In this document: one piece after another, positions 13,392 to 26,262 of the stretch
Numbering within the stretch: position 1 is the stretch's first letter
How the letters are laid out: each line of letters begins with the position of its first letter
Source: Chrysomallon squamiferum
Taxonomy: Eukaryota > Animalia > Mollusca
DNA: 64,000 nucleotides
Assembly (NCBI GenBank): GCA_012295275.1
Contig: CM022673.1
Span: forward strand, 21,576,001-21,640,000
Direction: 5' to 3'
Translations under genes and position numbers: made by a program
Notes under the pieces: generated by a model
Told to the model about the DNA's origin: nothing
The model's database searches: none
Seen by the model: the letters and a program-made list of their open reading frames with translations, nothing else

Positions 13392-13983
13392 TAGATAGAT
13401 AGACATTTATATATATATACACACACATATACACACATACACATACACATGCACACATATGCGAATATGTGTGTATGTGTGTCAGTATTTGTGTGTGTGT
13501 GTGAGAGAGAGTGTTTGTGTGTTTATTCATGTACTGCATATTTAATACACAGTTAATATAGTTTAACTGGAATTAGGTAAAACAGATTTTATATAATTAC
13601 ATAATAAATCGTGAAACAAAACATGAAGATCAGCTGGACATCAGAAAATTAAAACTAAAATAACTCTTTTTTCTCATAATTGTCACTTGGACAGTTCCAT
13701 GCGTTCAATGCTCCTCCTGGTTATTATCGTCTTTTGTATAATTTTAAAAAACGACAGATATTAATATCTGACCATCCTCTGTTTCATGCAGTTGGAAACG
13801 AATATATGGGAAATATAACCCTGAAGTCCAGCAGTTACAAATTTAGTCAGTCTAAGTAAAAACATATTTTACAAGTAATATAAATTTAAGAATCAGTTGT
13901 GGAGAAGTAATCAAAGTGTTAGTTCTTAAAATATTTCTCTGAACGAGAAAAGGTTATTTTAAAAAAAAAAAAAAAAAAAAAAA

Positions 13984-14511
13984 ATGTCCAAAATTGTACG
14001 TGAACCATCATCGGATCACGCTGGAACCTGTTTATTTGCAGTTCGAGTTGAAAAAGGCAAAATTAGAGGTTTTCTCATCACTGGATTCGTTTTGTCTATT
14101 ATATGGTTATCCCCAGCAAAGGGAAATAACTACGGAATTCTTCCAGCGAATCACGCAGAACGACACAATTATTTTTCTCCATCCGAAACGTGCAGTGCAC
14201 GACACACCCAGGTAACAGTGCGACTTCCCGGCTGCATTCCCAAACGGCTGCACGTGTTCGCATGCCACGGAACGTGCCACTCTAGAAATGTGCCGGAGTG
14301 GAAGTATGAAGATCAGGAGCTAAGAATGATTGAATACTGCACGTGTTGCCAGCCTCACATTCGCCTCTACAGGCAGGTGGAGTTCAACTGTCCTGGGAGA
14401 CCGGAAAGAAAGCTTCGTCTTCGACGTGGAGCTGCGTTCGAATGTGCGTGCAGACCGTGTTCAGACCAAGCGAATCCAGCTGCAGAAGAACCATACGATT
14501 TAATGAAATGA
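13984..14511 (+). CDS. Bursicon-alpha-like cystine-knot protein (secreted hormone subunit-like)
   Basis: 175-aa ORF. Hydrophobic segment FLITGFVLSIIWLSPAKG precedes an 11-Cys knot domain: C..LPGCIPK..FACHGTCHS..MIEYCTCCQ..VEFNCP..AAFECACRPC. This parallels recalled arthropod bursicon alpha (YPGCVPK..FACVGRCAS..MERSCMCCQ..VSLFCP..APLECMCRPC). The true start is uncertain: the ATG follows a poly-A run and there is a possible splice acceptor at 14041. AATAAA near 14633. Confidence 0.82.
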   Translation: MSKIVREPSSDHAGTCLFAVRVEKGKIRGFLITGFVLSIIWLSPAKGNNYGILPANHAERHNYFSPSETCSARHTQVTVRLPGCIPKRLHVFACHGTCHSRNVPEWKYEDQELRMIEYCTCCQPHIRLYRQVEFNCPGRPERKLRLRRGAAFECACRPCSDQANPAAEEPYDLMK

Positions 14512-15107
14512 ACAGTCATAATTATTACTTCTTTATGACTATGAAGCTGAATATTATATTTGAACAAGCATTCTTTTGTTTAGTAAATACATAATTTTTT
14601 GTATAAAGGCTATTGGTCTGTAAATCAGATGAAATAAAATTATGTTCACACGATAAGCAAATTTGTGACTGTAATTCTGGGAAATCCATGTGATTCAACA
14701 ACTAACTAATAAATCTCATTATAAAGAACCGTTTATTCATCCAAACTGAAACATCTCTTTCAGTTTACTGAACAACATTCGTTACTATTCATTTCAGAAA
14801 CCATGTGACTGTTACATTTAGAAATCATTCAATATAACTATTTAAAAATAACCAGAAACAAAAAGAATAAAAAAATAAAAATAAAAATAATAATAAAAAT
14901 TAATAAAAAAGAATAGATCACGCATTAAAGAAAGAAGAAGAGAAAAGGAAAAAGAATGTTTTATCAGTAACTTTTTATGTATTGAATAACTTGAAGAAGA
15001 CAATAAACATCAAAAATAGTATTTCTAAATGTTTTAAAATTTCATTTTGTTACATGTTTTTTGTAACAGTTATAAATCGTTAATAAATATATATTATACT
15101 TGAACAC

Positions 15108-15161
<54 letters not shown>

Positions 15162-15162
15162 T

Positions 15163-15235
<73 letters not shown>

Positions 15236-15458
15236 AACAGACAGACAGATTGTGTGTGTGCGTGCACGTAAGTGTTTCACATTTATTACTTTCGTCAGTT
15301 TTTCTTTGCAGTTAATTAAAAAAATCACTATTTTGCGGTATTGTTATAAATTATTAAGACAAGCTGTTCACGTCATCATTGAAACATCTGCCGTTGTCAC
15401 CTTCAGCTCTGATTCACGGACACATTTCAGTTTTACAAAGCTCATTTTGCTGTGCAAG

Positions 15459-16169
15459 ATGGACGGTAGCGTGGATTCCTCGTTGCTGTATGTGACACAA
15501 AGCGCTGGGGAAATCAGGAAGACGGGAGAGAGATATGGACTTGACGATGAAGAAATTGACCAGTGTGCTTTACAGGTGTGCGGGGATTATTATAACCCGG
15601 ATTTATGGAGGACTGTAAAGTCACAGTTTAACAAGTCGCTTACAAAGAACGAATTCAAACTGATTGGAGTTGTCTTGTTTCCAGTTCTGCTCGTTCTGAT
15701 AGCTAACAGCGGCGGCCTGGAACCGGTCATTCAGTTTCTTCCTCCAGAAACGGCTTCCCGTGTCCGCTTTTTCATGCTCAGTAACTATAGAAAACTGACC
15801 GCCATGTTACCTAAACTGAGCGAATTTTCTGGTAAGTACAGAATTATATACAGAAGAAAAAAAAAGAAACAAAAGAAACAAAGAAACATTACGCGATTCA
15901 TATTCATAGTAAATAATGTCAATGTAATTAAAATTGTAATATCTTACTGAGCTTGTTTATAGACATAAGCAAGCTCAGTTCAGTGGTTAGAGCATCTGCC
16001 TAAGGCATACCAGGTCGCATGACCGATTCTTAGTTGGGATATATTTCATATTAAAATCAAATTTTCCTAATTATGGGAAGGTGCTTTAAAAATGTTTCCG
16101 CTTTTAATTGATAACAGTATTGTTTGGAGTAAGCTTTTCTTTCCAGTCATCACCACCTTATTTACGTCC

Positions 16170-16225
<56 letters not shown>

Positions 16226-19007
16226 TTATTGATACAACAAAAACAATTACTACTACTATTATCAATGTTATCTTGTTATTGTTGTTGCTGTTGTTGTTGT
16301 TGTTAGTTCACTTGTTTTCACTGTGATAATAAATAATTAAATGTCACTATTCATTCGTGAGGATAATATTTAATTCTGAATTGCTAACCAGTTAATTTAG
16401 AGATCACCTACCACGTGTTTTTATTTTACTGACTGGTTTACAAATACTAGTCATTGTTTACTTGTTTTCACTGCAGTCATCTCTCCACTTAGTCTCCTGT
16501 ATTGCCCTTTCGTTAGTGTTCTAGTTCCACATACACCATATTCTATTAAATTTAAGATACCAATCAAATTTCATTAAAATAACTGAAATTTAATTGTGCC
16601 ATTTTTATTTTTAACATAATGTAAGTGGCCTGAACCCACTCGCTCTAAGAAACACGTTTTCGCCTGTGCAAGTTCTCAGGTTTAACTTTTTTTAAGCCGA
16701 CAATCGTCTTACGCGAAGCCTTTTAGCAATTAAAAGCTCATCAGAAAAAAAAAAAATAATAATAATGTTCTTGTAAATTTAAAACAGTAATGATTTTACT
16801 TAGTTATTATTGTGGACATGTTAATGAAATGTTCGGAATTCAACATGAGTCAGTCGTTCATTTTAATTTAAAATCGGTCGATTTCGAATCTGAAGATTAT
16901 ACCCACAATAAAATAGAACTGGTCTGCCTGCTTACTCCTATTCAAATTAGTTTTATATTTTAAAATGTTGTTGTCAAGGCGGCATAGAATAAAACTCATT
17001 TTGATTTATATTTTGAGCTAGGAAGACGCTAAATGTCAGTATTTACAACACCACACTAATACTTCTTTTAAAAGCCATGTAGCGATGTGGAGTCCACGAT
17101 CGCTTTCTCGAAAATGATAACCGAGTAGTTGTATCTCCTAATTACTGCACGATCATGAGTATCCAGCAGCACGTGCACTGATTTCTGCTGAACACGATGT
17201 GACAGTCGGTTGTTCTCACGTGCAGACATTCAGCACAATGGAAGCAAACGCAGGCTCTATGGCGTTTTTGTATAAAAAAATAACTGAACTTAGGAAATTA
17301 GGAGAGACCTGGGGTTTGTCTCCGGACGAAATTGATAAATGTTTGTTTGATGCGAGTCCAGTGCAACTGACAGATACGACGTCAGCAACATGGATTTACC
17401 AGAAAGCGACACGACGACACTTAACATACTTGGGCTGTCTGGTGTGTCCCATTTTATTTCTTATTTTGATAAACACGTCGGTTGTCGATGTGGCCGTTGA
17501 CGTGTTGCCACCTAAAACGTCGCAGGACCTGCTGTACGTAGTGATGAGGTTCTACAGACAGATGGTGACCTATTTCCCGTCGCATGTTCACTTTGCTGGT
17601 ATGTTTAGAAAGAGAATAATATTTAACCATATTAATGTTTTTTAATTCATTTTCTTTTCAATTTCTTTTTTTTTTTTTTTTTTTTATATTTTTTTTTTAT
17701 TTATCAAAAAAAAAAAAAAAAAAAAAATAATTCTACAACAGAAGAAAAGATTATTAGAATATAAACAGAATTTTTTTAATTAATTTTTGTTTTCATGTAT
17801 TTTCACAGATAAGTACAATGACGTCTGTATTGTCTTTAATCCACTGTGGGAAAACCCGGTGGCGGCTGACTGTCAGATATGTGACAGTCTGAAATCTGTG
17901 AAACAGTTCAAACAGCCCGTCAAAACAATGAAAGCGTTTCTCTTTGGTTACGTAGTAGTGCACAGAGTAAGTATAAAAACTATCTTCAAGTCACATTTCA
18001 TTTCACAGATGACAGACTTGTCAAAGTTTTTCAAAGCAGACAAAACACGTACACAAACATCTAAGCACATATTTTATGCAGAATTAAAATAATAAGTGTT
18101 ACCATTATAAACAATGTTTTTTTTTAGCGAATTATGCCGAAGAGTGTCAGGTTAGAAGAGTTGGTCTCGCTGATTAAAAGCAACACGGAGGCGATTGGCA
18201 ATCGAATCAGATCAACCGTGACGTGGGTTAAGACGCCACTCGACTTAGCAGTGGACAATTTGGAAGAAAAAATCGTGCATGAGAAGGATTTTCGGGCTGT
18301 GTGGTAAGGAAAAATCCTAGCTTTGAAACAGTAAAATAAACATAAGATAAAATAATCACACACGTCGGATATCCTAAAACAACACACACGACACACTCAA
18401 CAGACCTTGATATATAAACACAGTTATACACAGCGCCCGAAATTAGTTAAGTTTTACATTGGCACATCATTCCTTTAATTTCGCAATGATAGTTTCAAAG
18501 AAAAGGCAAATATTGCGAAACACTGATAATATGATTCAGTGGTTTAATAATATCGTACAAATCGCATTTAAAGGAAATAATACATCAGAGATTATGCGGC
18601 GAGATTGCAGATAGTGCAGCGAATTTCGAATGCTACAAACACACGCAAGCCTAGTGATACAAACACTTCGGTGCGTAGATTTCTGCATAAACTCTGGACT
18701 CTAAATTAGCATAGGCATAAACTGTTTTTATCTTATTTTCAGAATCTTTATATTTTATTTTATTTATTTATTTATTTTTTTTCACACAGGGATAGCCAGA
18801 ATTTTCTGTTTGATGGTCAGCTTATGAGAAAACTCTTTCCGCGTCCAACAATTTTTCCAAATGAGGTCGAATCTTCCACTGTGAAATATTTGTTCCTAGA
18901 TGGGCCACATTCGTCAGAATACATGCTGGTAAGGATTTTGACAATATCACAACCTGTCTCGTTTATCTAGTTTACCCACAGAAAATACACACATAGCCTG
19001 AACAGAC

Positions 19008-19076
<69 letters not shown>

Positions 19077-19143
19077 ACAATATGTACTTTTCTAATAATC
19101 TTCTTTATTAATTCGTAAACAATCTGTATAAGTTAAATGTATG

Positions 19144-19174
<31 letters not shown>

Positions 19175-19964
19175 AGATTGAGATAGATATAGATAGAGAT
19201 ATAGCTATATAGATATAGATATAGATAGATGTATATATATTTTTCATATTGGTATCATCATCATCGTTGTTTTATCATCGTCGACATCTTCATTTGGTTT
19301 TATTGGTTTTTCAGCCGGAAGGTTCGAGTGGAGAGTTTTGCTGGTTCGCTCAAGGAAAGGGATCAAAAACTTTGTTGTTTACACCTTTAAAACAATGCAA
19401 TGACAAATGTTACTCTTTTCTAATAACTATGAACGAGGGTGATGTGTGTAAGTGTCGTATGTACTTTTTACTGTCTGCACGTGATGCTCGATGAATAAAT
19501 TTGTGGTAATATCGCAGCAGTCGGTGACAGATTAATTTTAAACATTCTTGAAAAAATAATTGTCCAAAAATAAAAGATAATAATAATAATAATAATAATT
19601 ATAATAACAATAAATGTCGCCTACGTACTGGACAGTCGGTGCAGTGTATAAACGCTGTATTTTTATATCACTAAGTCACTTTATGCAATGAAAAACATCG
19701 ACGTTTAGTTATCCTTTTCCCACCTAAATTTTTCTCGGCAAACAATCCTTATGGCTGTTACTTTTAATATCTTAATATATTGTTTATATTTTCCTGTTAT
19801 CACATGTGTATGAGTTCTACGTCTGTTATTATTTCATTTTCTATTATTACTTTACTTTTTACCTTTCAGTGACATTCCCTGTTGGAGGATGGCACATAAA
19901 ATCCTTGGTTAATGGACGACAAATTAGCATCAGTTATGTTAGTCATCTGAGTCTTCTACAATAA
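15459..19964 (+). CDS. C6orf89/bombesin receptor-activated protein (BRAP)-like membrane protein, isoform A (distal first exon 15459-15831)
   Basis: Exon 1A 15459-15831 (ATG...TCT G|gtaagt, phase 1) joins shared exons 17809-17966, 18128-18303, 18790-18928, 19315-19447 and 19870-19964 (TAA), giving 357 aa. An N-terminal TM helix is followed by C-IVFNP..DCQIC, RKLFPRP.IFP, WFAQGKGSK..FTP..QC...C, and EGDV..P...W, a pattern I recall from the C6orf89 family (cupin-like C-terminus). Confidence 0.7.
15970..16045 (+). mobile_element. Degenerate tRNA-derived SINE head (fragment)
   Basis: AGCTCAGTTCAGTGGTTAGAGCATCTGCC resembles a tRNA D-arm/Pol III A-box. The B-box is decayed and no cloverleaf forms. 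Confidence 0.35.
17238..19964 (+). CDS. C6orf89/BRAP-like membrane protein, isoform B (proximal first exon 17238-17598)
   Basis: Exon 1B 17238-17598 (ATG...GCT G|gtatgt, phase 1) plus the same five downstream exons gives 353 aa. All junctions are GT-AG and in phase. AATAAA near 20012. Confidence 0.78.
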
Positions 19965-20214
19965 CACGAGTTAACCCCACTTATCGTTTATTTACGTTTG
20001 TGGAACTGAAAATAAAGCAACTTCTTTAAAATATTTCTTTAAAAACATTTTTGTAGATCCGTTGCACTTTAATAATGATTGATGAATTTGCTTGATGTAA
20101 AAGCCGAATAGAACATTACTATAATTCTATTGATATATAATATAAAGTATACAGTGTTTTTAAATATTAGAATTTCTTGAAAACTTCTCCGTCTGCATTG
20201 TACAAGTTAATGTC

Positions 20215-20405
20215 CTAACACTGATCCTCCTCAGTGGGCTATTTTCATTTCTTGCCGCTGCTTAGAAACTGAATTTATAAAGACCTGTTATATGTTTAGT
20301 GTCTATGGGTAGGTGCAAGACAAGACCACCTGAAACTAACATTAAAAAAAAAAAAACGCAAAAAAAATTGTAGCTGTGACGAAGACGGATATCTTCTCTA
20401 ACTCC
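20215..20405 (+). mobile_element. Decayed SINE-like body fragment
   Basis: GATCCTCCTCAGTGGGCTATTTTCATTTCTTGCC...TGTCTATGGGTAGGTGCA resembles my recollection of the central region of gastropod tRNA-derived SINEs. Not verified by alignment. Confidence 0.3.
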
Positions 20406-21977
20406 TAAAAATGTATAAAAGCAATCTTAGTAGAACGCTGTCGGAAGCCGCCTAAGGTAGACTGAGTTATCACAGTTCACGTTAATCTAATATTAGGACG
20501 GTTTTCTGCATTCATGTTACATCCGCCTGCCATCTGCTGAACCAGCTGGAGCAGAAATAACTAAAACAATCGATTTGTTAGGAATAAAGTCTGCGAACGG
20601 AACGAACGAACGAGAGAGAGAGGGAGGGAGGAGTTTGAAACAATAATAATATTCTAATTATTATCATCATCAGTTTTGTTATTATTAATTAAAACTTTGA
20701 ACTTATAAAAAAAAGGGGGGGAGCAACAAAAAAGCGTCGTTTTATTTTACGCATGTGACAAAACTATTTTTTTGTTACTTTTATTACTTTTTTAAAAATG
20801 AAATGGAATAAAAAAAACTAATAATTACGACAATTAACATTCATAATAATTATACTACTCATGATCAGGTCAGAAGCTGTACCAAAAATTTTAAATATAA
20901 TTATGCATTCCATAATCCCCACATGTATAGTTATTTATTTATTTACTTTTTTTTTTTTATTATTATTTTTTTAAATAAAGTTATCAGACCAGTTGTCAAC
21001 CCAGAACAAAAAAAACACAAAAAAACCACACAGACACACATACACGGAAAATTTACATTTAGATGAAACATTCATGTCCGATGTCTGACTTAAAATCCAT
21101 AAAAACGTTTCTTAAATATTTCCTGTGTGTTAAGAAAGACAAAAACACATAAAATGTGCATTTGCTGAAATTATTTTATTAACTTTCATTAGATACCCAC
21201 AAGTATATAACCCGTAGTAAAATGTCCAGTGTAGATACAGTATGGCTGTTGTTTTATTTGGTATATCCATATATAATTTCAAACAACATACATACACAAA
21301 CACACCCACAATGATAAAATCAAAAACGATAATAATGAAAAAAATTATGTTTTAGGTATTTATTAATGTGCAAGAAAAATACTGTATCTGATTTCTGCCA
21401 CATTTGCAAAGTTCAACACAAGGTTCACTAATTGTAAAACTAGCATCACAGATTCAAATATTAGCAGAAAATCAGTGATGATATTTACAACAAATATAAA
21501 TCTACAAGCTTAGGAGAATCATTAAGCAGACATACCCTCTCAATCAATCAAAATATAAAACAAAAGGCATTGGTTGAAAATCAAACTGCTCATTATTACA
21601 TGCAGAAATAAAATGTTAAATATAAAGCAATATATTATTCCTTTCTTTCTGATACTGACAGGGTCCCTTTTTCATTACAGCCTGAAACCAGCATTTATTA
21701 TTTTACATTTACAGAAATAATTCAGAATTGTTAAAATGAGGTAATCAATTTTAAAAATCACAAATCTCAGATAATAGTTTTAAAAAAAAGAATATTTCCT
21801 ATCATGGTTCAACTGTTCTAACTTTACCATTTTAGCTATACAATTTCCCTCAATTTTGAGAAACACAAATACACATAATTTCTCCATACTTGGCAAATCA
21901 ACAAAGTGTAAATTTGTATGTCATCTTAGGGTGTTTTTCTAACTAATGTAATGATTTGGAAGGCTTTTCACCACTGT

Positions 21978-24900
21978 TTAGTTAGTACGCAGTTTGTATC
22001 TGATCACAGGGTTTTCTGGGGTGTGGATCATCGTGGTTAGGTTGATTTTGGGGAAGTAGCCATTCACTAAATCAATTTCGTACTTGCGCAAGATTGTAGA
22101 CACTAGAGTTTTGATCTGCACATATGCAAATGATTCTCCAATGCAGCGGTGACGTCCAACTCCAAATGGTATGTAAGAAAACTTCTCACCACTGCAAATG
22201 TCAGGATCCAAGAAACTAGAAACACAAAGACTGAATAAAATAACTTATTAAAACATTAACAGCAAATCGGAATCTTGCATACTTCACAGTTAAGGATATG
22301 AATTTTGATATCAAAACTCTGCTAATGATTTAAGTCTCTGACATGGAAAGAAGAGAGACTCCAATCTTTGGTAAAAATGAAACAAATCTATCACTTTAAG
22401 AATTTTTCTTTTCACACTCTCCATAAAATGTGCCTTAAGAAAACTCATTTAAAAAGAACTGAAGATAAAAAACGAGTGACATACCGATCTGGGTCAAATT
22501 TTGTTGGTTCATTCCAAGCATCCTTCAGCAGATGATTAGTAGTAGGAGACACACACACCTGATGTCCAGGTGGGATTGTGTACCCACTGACCTGCTGTTA
22601 ACAAGAACAAAACAGACTTTAAAAAAATAATAATAATAAAATAAAAAATTATCATATCCTAAATTAATTCTATTAATTTCTCAACAGATTGCTTTCATTT
22701 TGGTAGGAATAACACTACATTTAATAAACTCATCTTAATGTTGCTAGCTTCTGTAACTATGTCTATATGCTGAAAGTGAAAATGACAAAACTAGACACAA
22801 ATGTAATTACAGTAAAGCTGTTTGTACCTGGGGTTCCTTACACAACCTCATCATTGTCATGATTGGTGGCCGAAGTCGAAGAGTTTCCTTAATACATCTG
22901 TCCAAGAGAAGAAAATCCTTCAGATGTTCGTAAGTCAGAGGAGGCAAATCTTCGCCACACACTTTCTTCTGCTCTTCTATTAACTTGTCCTGTTTTTAAA
23001 ATAATACAAATGTAATGATTTGTTGAAAGCAAAGAAATAATTTAACATAAGAAAATATAAATTTCAACACTTTTATTACAAAATCAAAAACAAAGTGATT
23101 TCTTTGCAGTTATTACAAATTTAAAAAGAACAAATCACATCTAAAGAACATTTCTTTTTTCACTCTTTCTTTTCTTTAATTATGACCACTTGAATAGAAA
23201 GACATCATTAATAGTTGGCTAATTGTTTATTTATAATCTTTAAAAATTTATTTTCTTCCTTTTTGTCGTGGAGGGTGTTTTAACATAATCATACAGGGTT
23301 ACTGACACTGAATTTACATGGAAAGTTTCACCTGCAAAGTCTTGTTCTGGGCAATAAAGAAGAGACACCAAGCTGATGTTGTGGATGATGTATGTTGTCC
23401 AGCCATCAGTAAACCAATCAAAATACCAGCTATCTCATCATCTGTAAACTTGCGACCATCTCTAAAACACAAGAAAAAAGCAAGTCATTATAGAGATAAA
23501 TAAATGATATCCCAATAATACTGTCTATCACAAAATATTTTATAAATATTACAGAAATTTGAAAAAGTAAAAAAACTTACTTATATGTGGCCTCTATGAG
23601 AGTCTGTAACATGTCATCATCAGGATTTTCTGTTGCTCTTCTGTTTTGTATGACCCTGTAAAATATCTTTTTAATTTCTATGTGTGCTCTGTCTCTCCGC
23701 CTGAAATTAATAATAATACTTTTTTTAAAAACAAAACCTTCCAGGGCTATGCGTTGTTTACCTGAATGCATTTTTAATCTAATAACTGCTTTGAACAAAA
23801 TGAAAACTGCTTGTTTGTATGCAAATTCAATTTTAAAATGAAATATGGATGATATGATTTCCAGATAATTATTCCTGAAATATTTATATGCACTGCAAGC
23901 TTTTGCTATATTAACATCTTCAGTTATACTCTGATTCCTGAAGTGTACCTGAAACTAGGGATGGGCAGCCACCCGGGCAGGAGCCAGGCCATGTGAGTAA
24001 AACCCCCGTCCAGGTCCAGATACAGATGAGCAACCTTCTCCGTTAACAAAGACCGGATTTCCTTTCCTGTTGATAAAAACAAATTATCAGCTGAATTATA
24101 TAATCTGCAAAATCTTCAAAAAATATTCCAGGAGTGAAAACTTTCAGTGCTATCAAGAGCAGCCAAGTATTTAAGATAAATAACAACAGAACATTTTTAA
24201 AGCTTAAATACATTATTAAAGCTAAACCTAGTATGTAAGTAGTTTAAATCACAATTATAATTGTTTCTGAACAATGCCAAAACTGAATTTGGACTGAATA
24301 ATCCGTTTTCAACTAGCCTGTATTAGATAACACTATAACTAAGAGAGGACGCAGATTTCTTAGCTAAAACATCTTTTTATGCAAGTAAAAAATGTATTGT
24401 CCATTTTCTAAATTATTATTGTTAGATCCACAATTTAGTTATAGAAAGATGAATTTGTATAACAATAACTAACACTTCTTACCATGAAGACATCGACTGG
24501 CAGTCAAAATGATCAACTCTGATAAAGCGAGGAATAAATCTAAAAAAGAAAAATATTATAAACATAATTAAAAATTACTTCATCTCGTAGTATGTCATGT
24601 TAATATAATTATTACAGATTGTGACTTTCATCATCAGAAAATTATTGTCAACGTTCATAAAACTTTTCTTGCTGTGACTGACAAATTATATCCAGCTGAA
24701 ATGCTAAATGAACACATTTTACAGGTTTTTTTGTTTTGGAAAGATTTGGAGACAGAGGATATTTTAATAATAAAAATAAAAAACCTACTTCTTTCACCAC
24801 TGTCACCCCATCGCTTAAAATATTCTTGAGTTTCTTCTTCAATCATTGGTACATGTTTGCGGAATCTAGCAATTATCAAACCTGTCTTAATCATCTTTTT

Positions 24901-25484
24901 CTGCTGCAGAAACACCTATGGAAAAGCAGATATCAACTTAAAATGATGATATTACTAATACTGCATCTTTGTAGACCGTGTTAAGATCTGAAAATATTCT
25001 AAAACTAAGAGATTACACTTTTCAACAGCCTTTTTCATAACAAATTTTGCTGATATAGAAGTTAAATTTGAATATTCTGGCAGGAACCAATTTATGGTTA
25101 TTGTAACAACCCAGTAAAAATACTTGACCAAACTGACAACACTATAAGTGACTAACTGTATCCACCCACAATTTACACAATACTTTTAAAAGCAATAAAA
25201 TACCGAGTGTGGGACATCGTAACAAACTCCTTTTCCAAAGACTGGTGTGACAAGTCGACCATAGATTTCCTCTGCATTTAGAATTTCATTTTTACTGTTG
25301 AAGAATACTGATGCTGCATCAGAGCCAATGAGATATGTGAAGGTCTTGCCAACCATTGTGAAACTGAACACCGGACCATACTGCAATTAAACATTTCTTT
25401 TAATTAGAACTCTGTACATTATAAAGTAACAACATTAAGTTAGTTTATTTCAGGAGAGCCAATTACTTTCCAACTCTAACCATG

Positions 25485-25529
<45 letters not shown>

Positions 25530-26262
25530 TGCATGCATGTGCAACAGTACTGAAGGTCAATAATTGAAACAAAAATGCACTCACATCAATTTTTTTTTTT
25601 TAAATTAAATATTAGTCCCATAATCAGAAGTTTAATTAATAAATGATGTATCATTAAATATATACAATTCAGTTATTACCCACCTTCTCATATGCTGCAA
25701 TGAGGAATTCTACTGGGCTCTTCCTGAAGCTAATAGCATGTCCAAGGAAGGGAAGTACAGATGGAATATGTGGTGGTAAGTTTTCCTAGATTCAAAAATG
25801 ATTACCATTTAATTTTTAAAATGCTCACTGAAAAAATCCCCAGTGAACTGACGCTCTGATATACACAGTAAAATATCTCTTTTCATGTCATTCAGTATAT
25901 TCCAAATTTTACCATTATTTTAATTCTTCATATTCAATTTATTATCGTTTTATTTATTAGATTTGTTGCATTAGGTCTTATTAATTTATTAATTTAATGT
26001 GAGTACATTACTACTCTTTAATGACAGCAATTTTCAAAAAAATCTTTATGTCAATCCCATATTTTTTTTTTTTTAAATTACATAAAAATTATTAAAGATT
26101 AAAACTGTCACCGTTAGCTAACTTTATTATTTTTATACTTACGTATTTTTTTTCAGTTAATTTACGATAAGCCATTATGACTGTCAATAGAACTGCGGTG
26201 GATGCAAGTGTCATAGTCCCAACATTGACATTTTGTAATTGATCCAGTGGAATTCCCACCAT
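21978..26262 (-). CDS. CYP51A1: Lanosterol/sterol 14-alpha-demethylase (cytochrome P450 51), 486 aa
   Basis: 11 phase-consistent exons: 26262-26143, 25785-25684, 25380-25204, 24915-24789, 24539-24483, 24066-23949, 23700-23581, 23461-23332, 22989-22828, 22594-22485, 22215-21978 (1461 nt). Motifs: N-terminal anchor, [51 protein letters not shown]-helix AGQHTSS, ETLR, FDPDR, and heme motif [11 protein letters not shown]. Confidence 0.97.

Noticed and set aside
15970-16045. Possible tRNA gene
   Set aside because: Only an A-box/D-arm-like stretch is present, with no T-arm GTTCGA or acceptor stem. Better explained as a SINE remnant.
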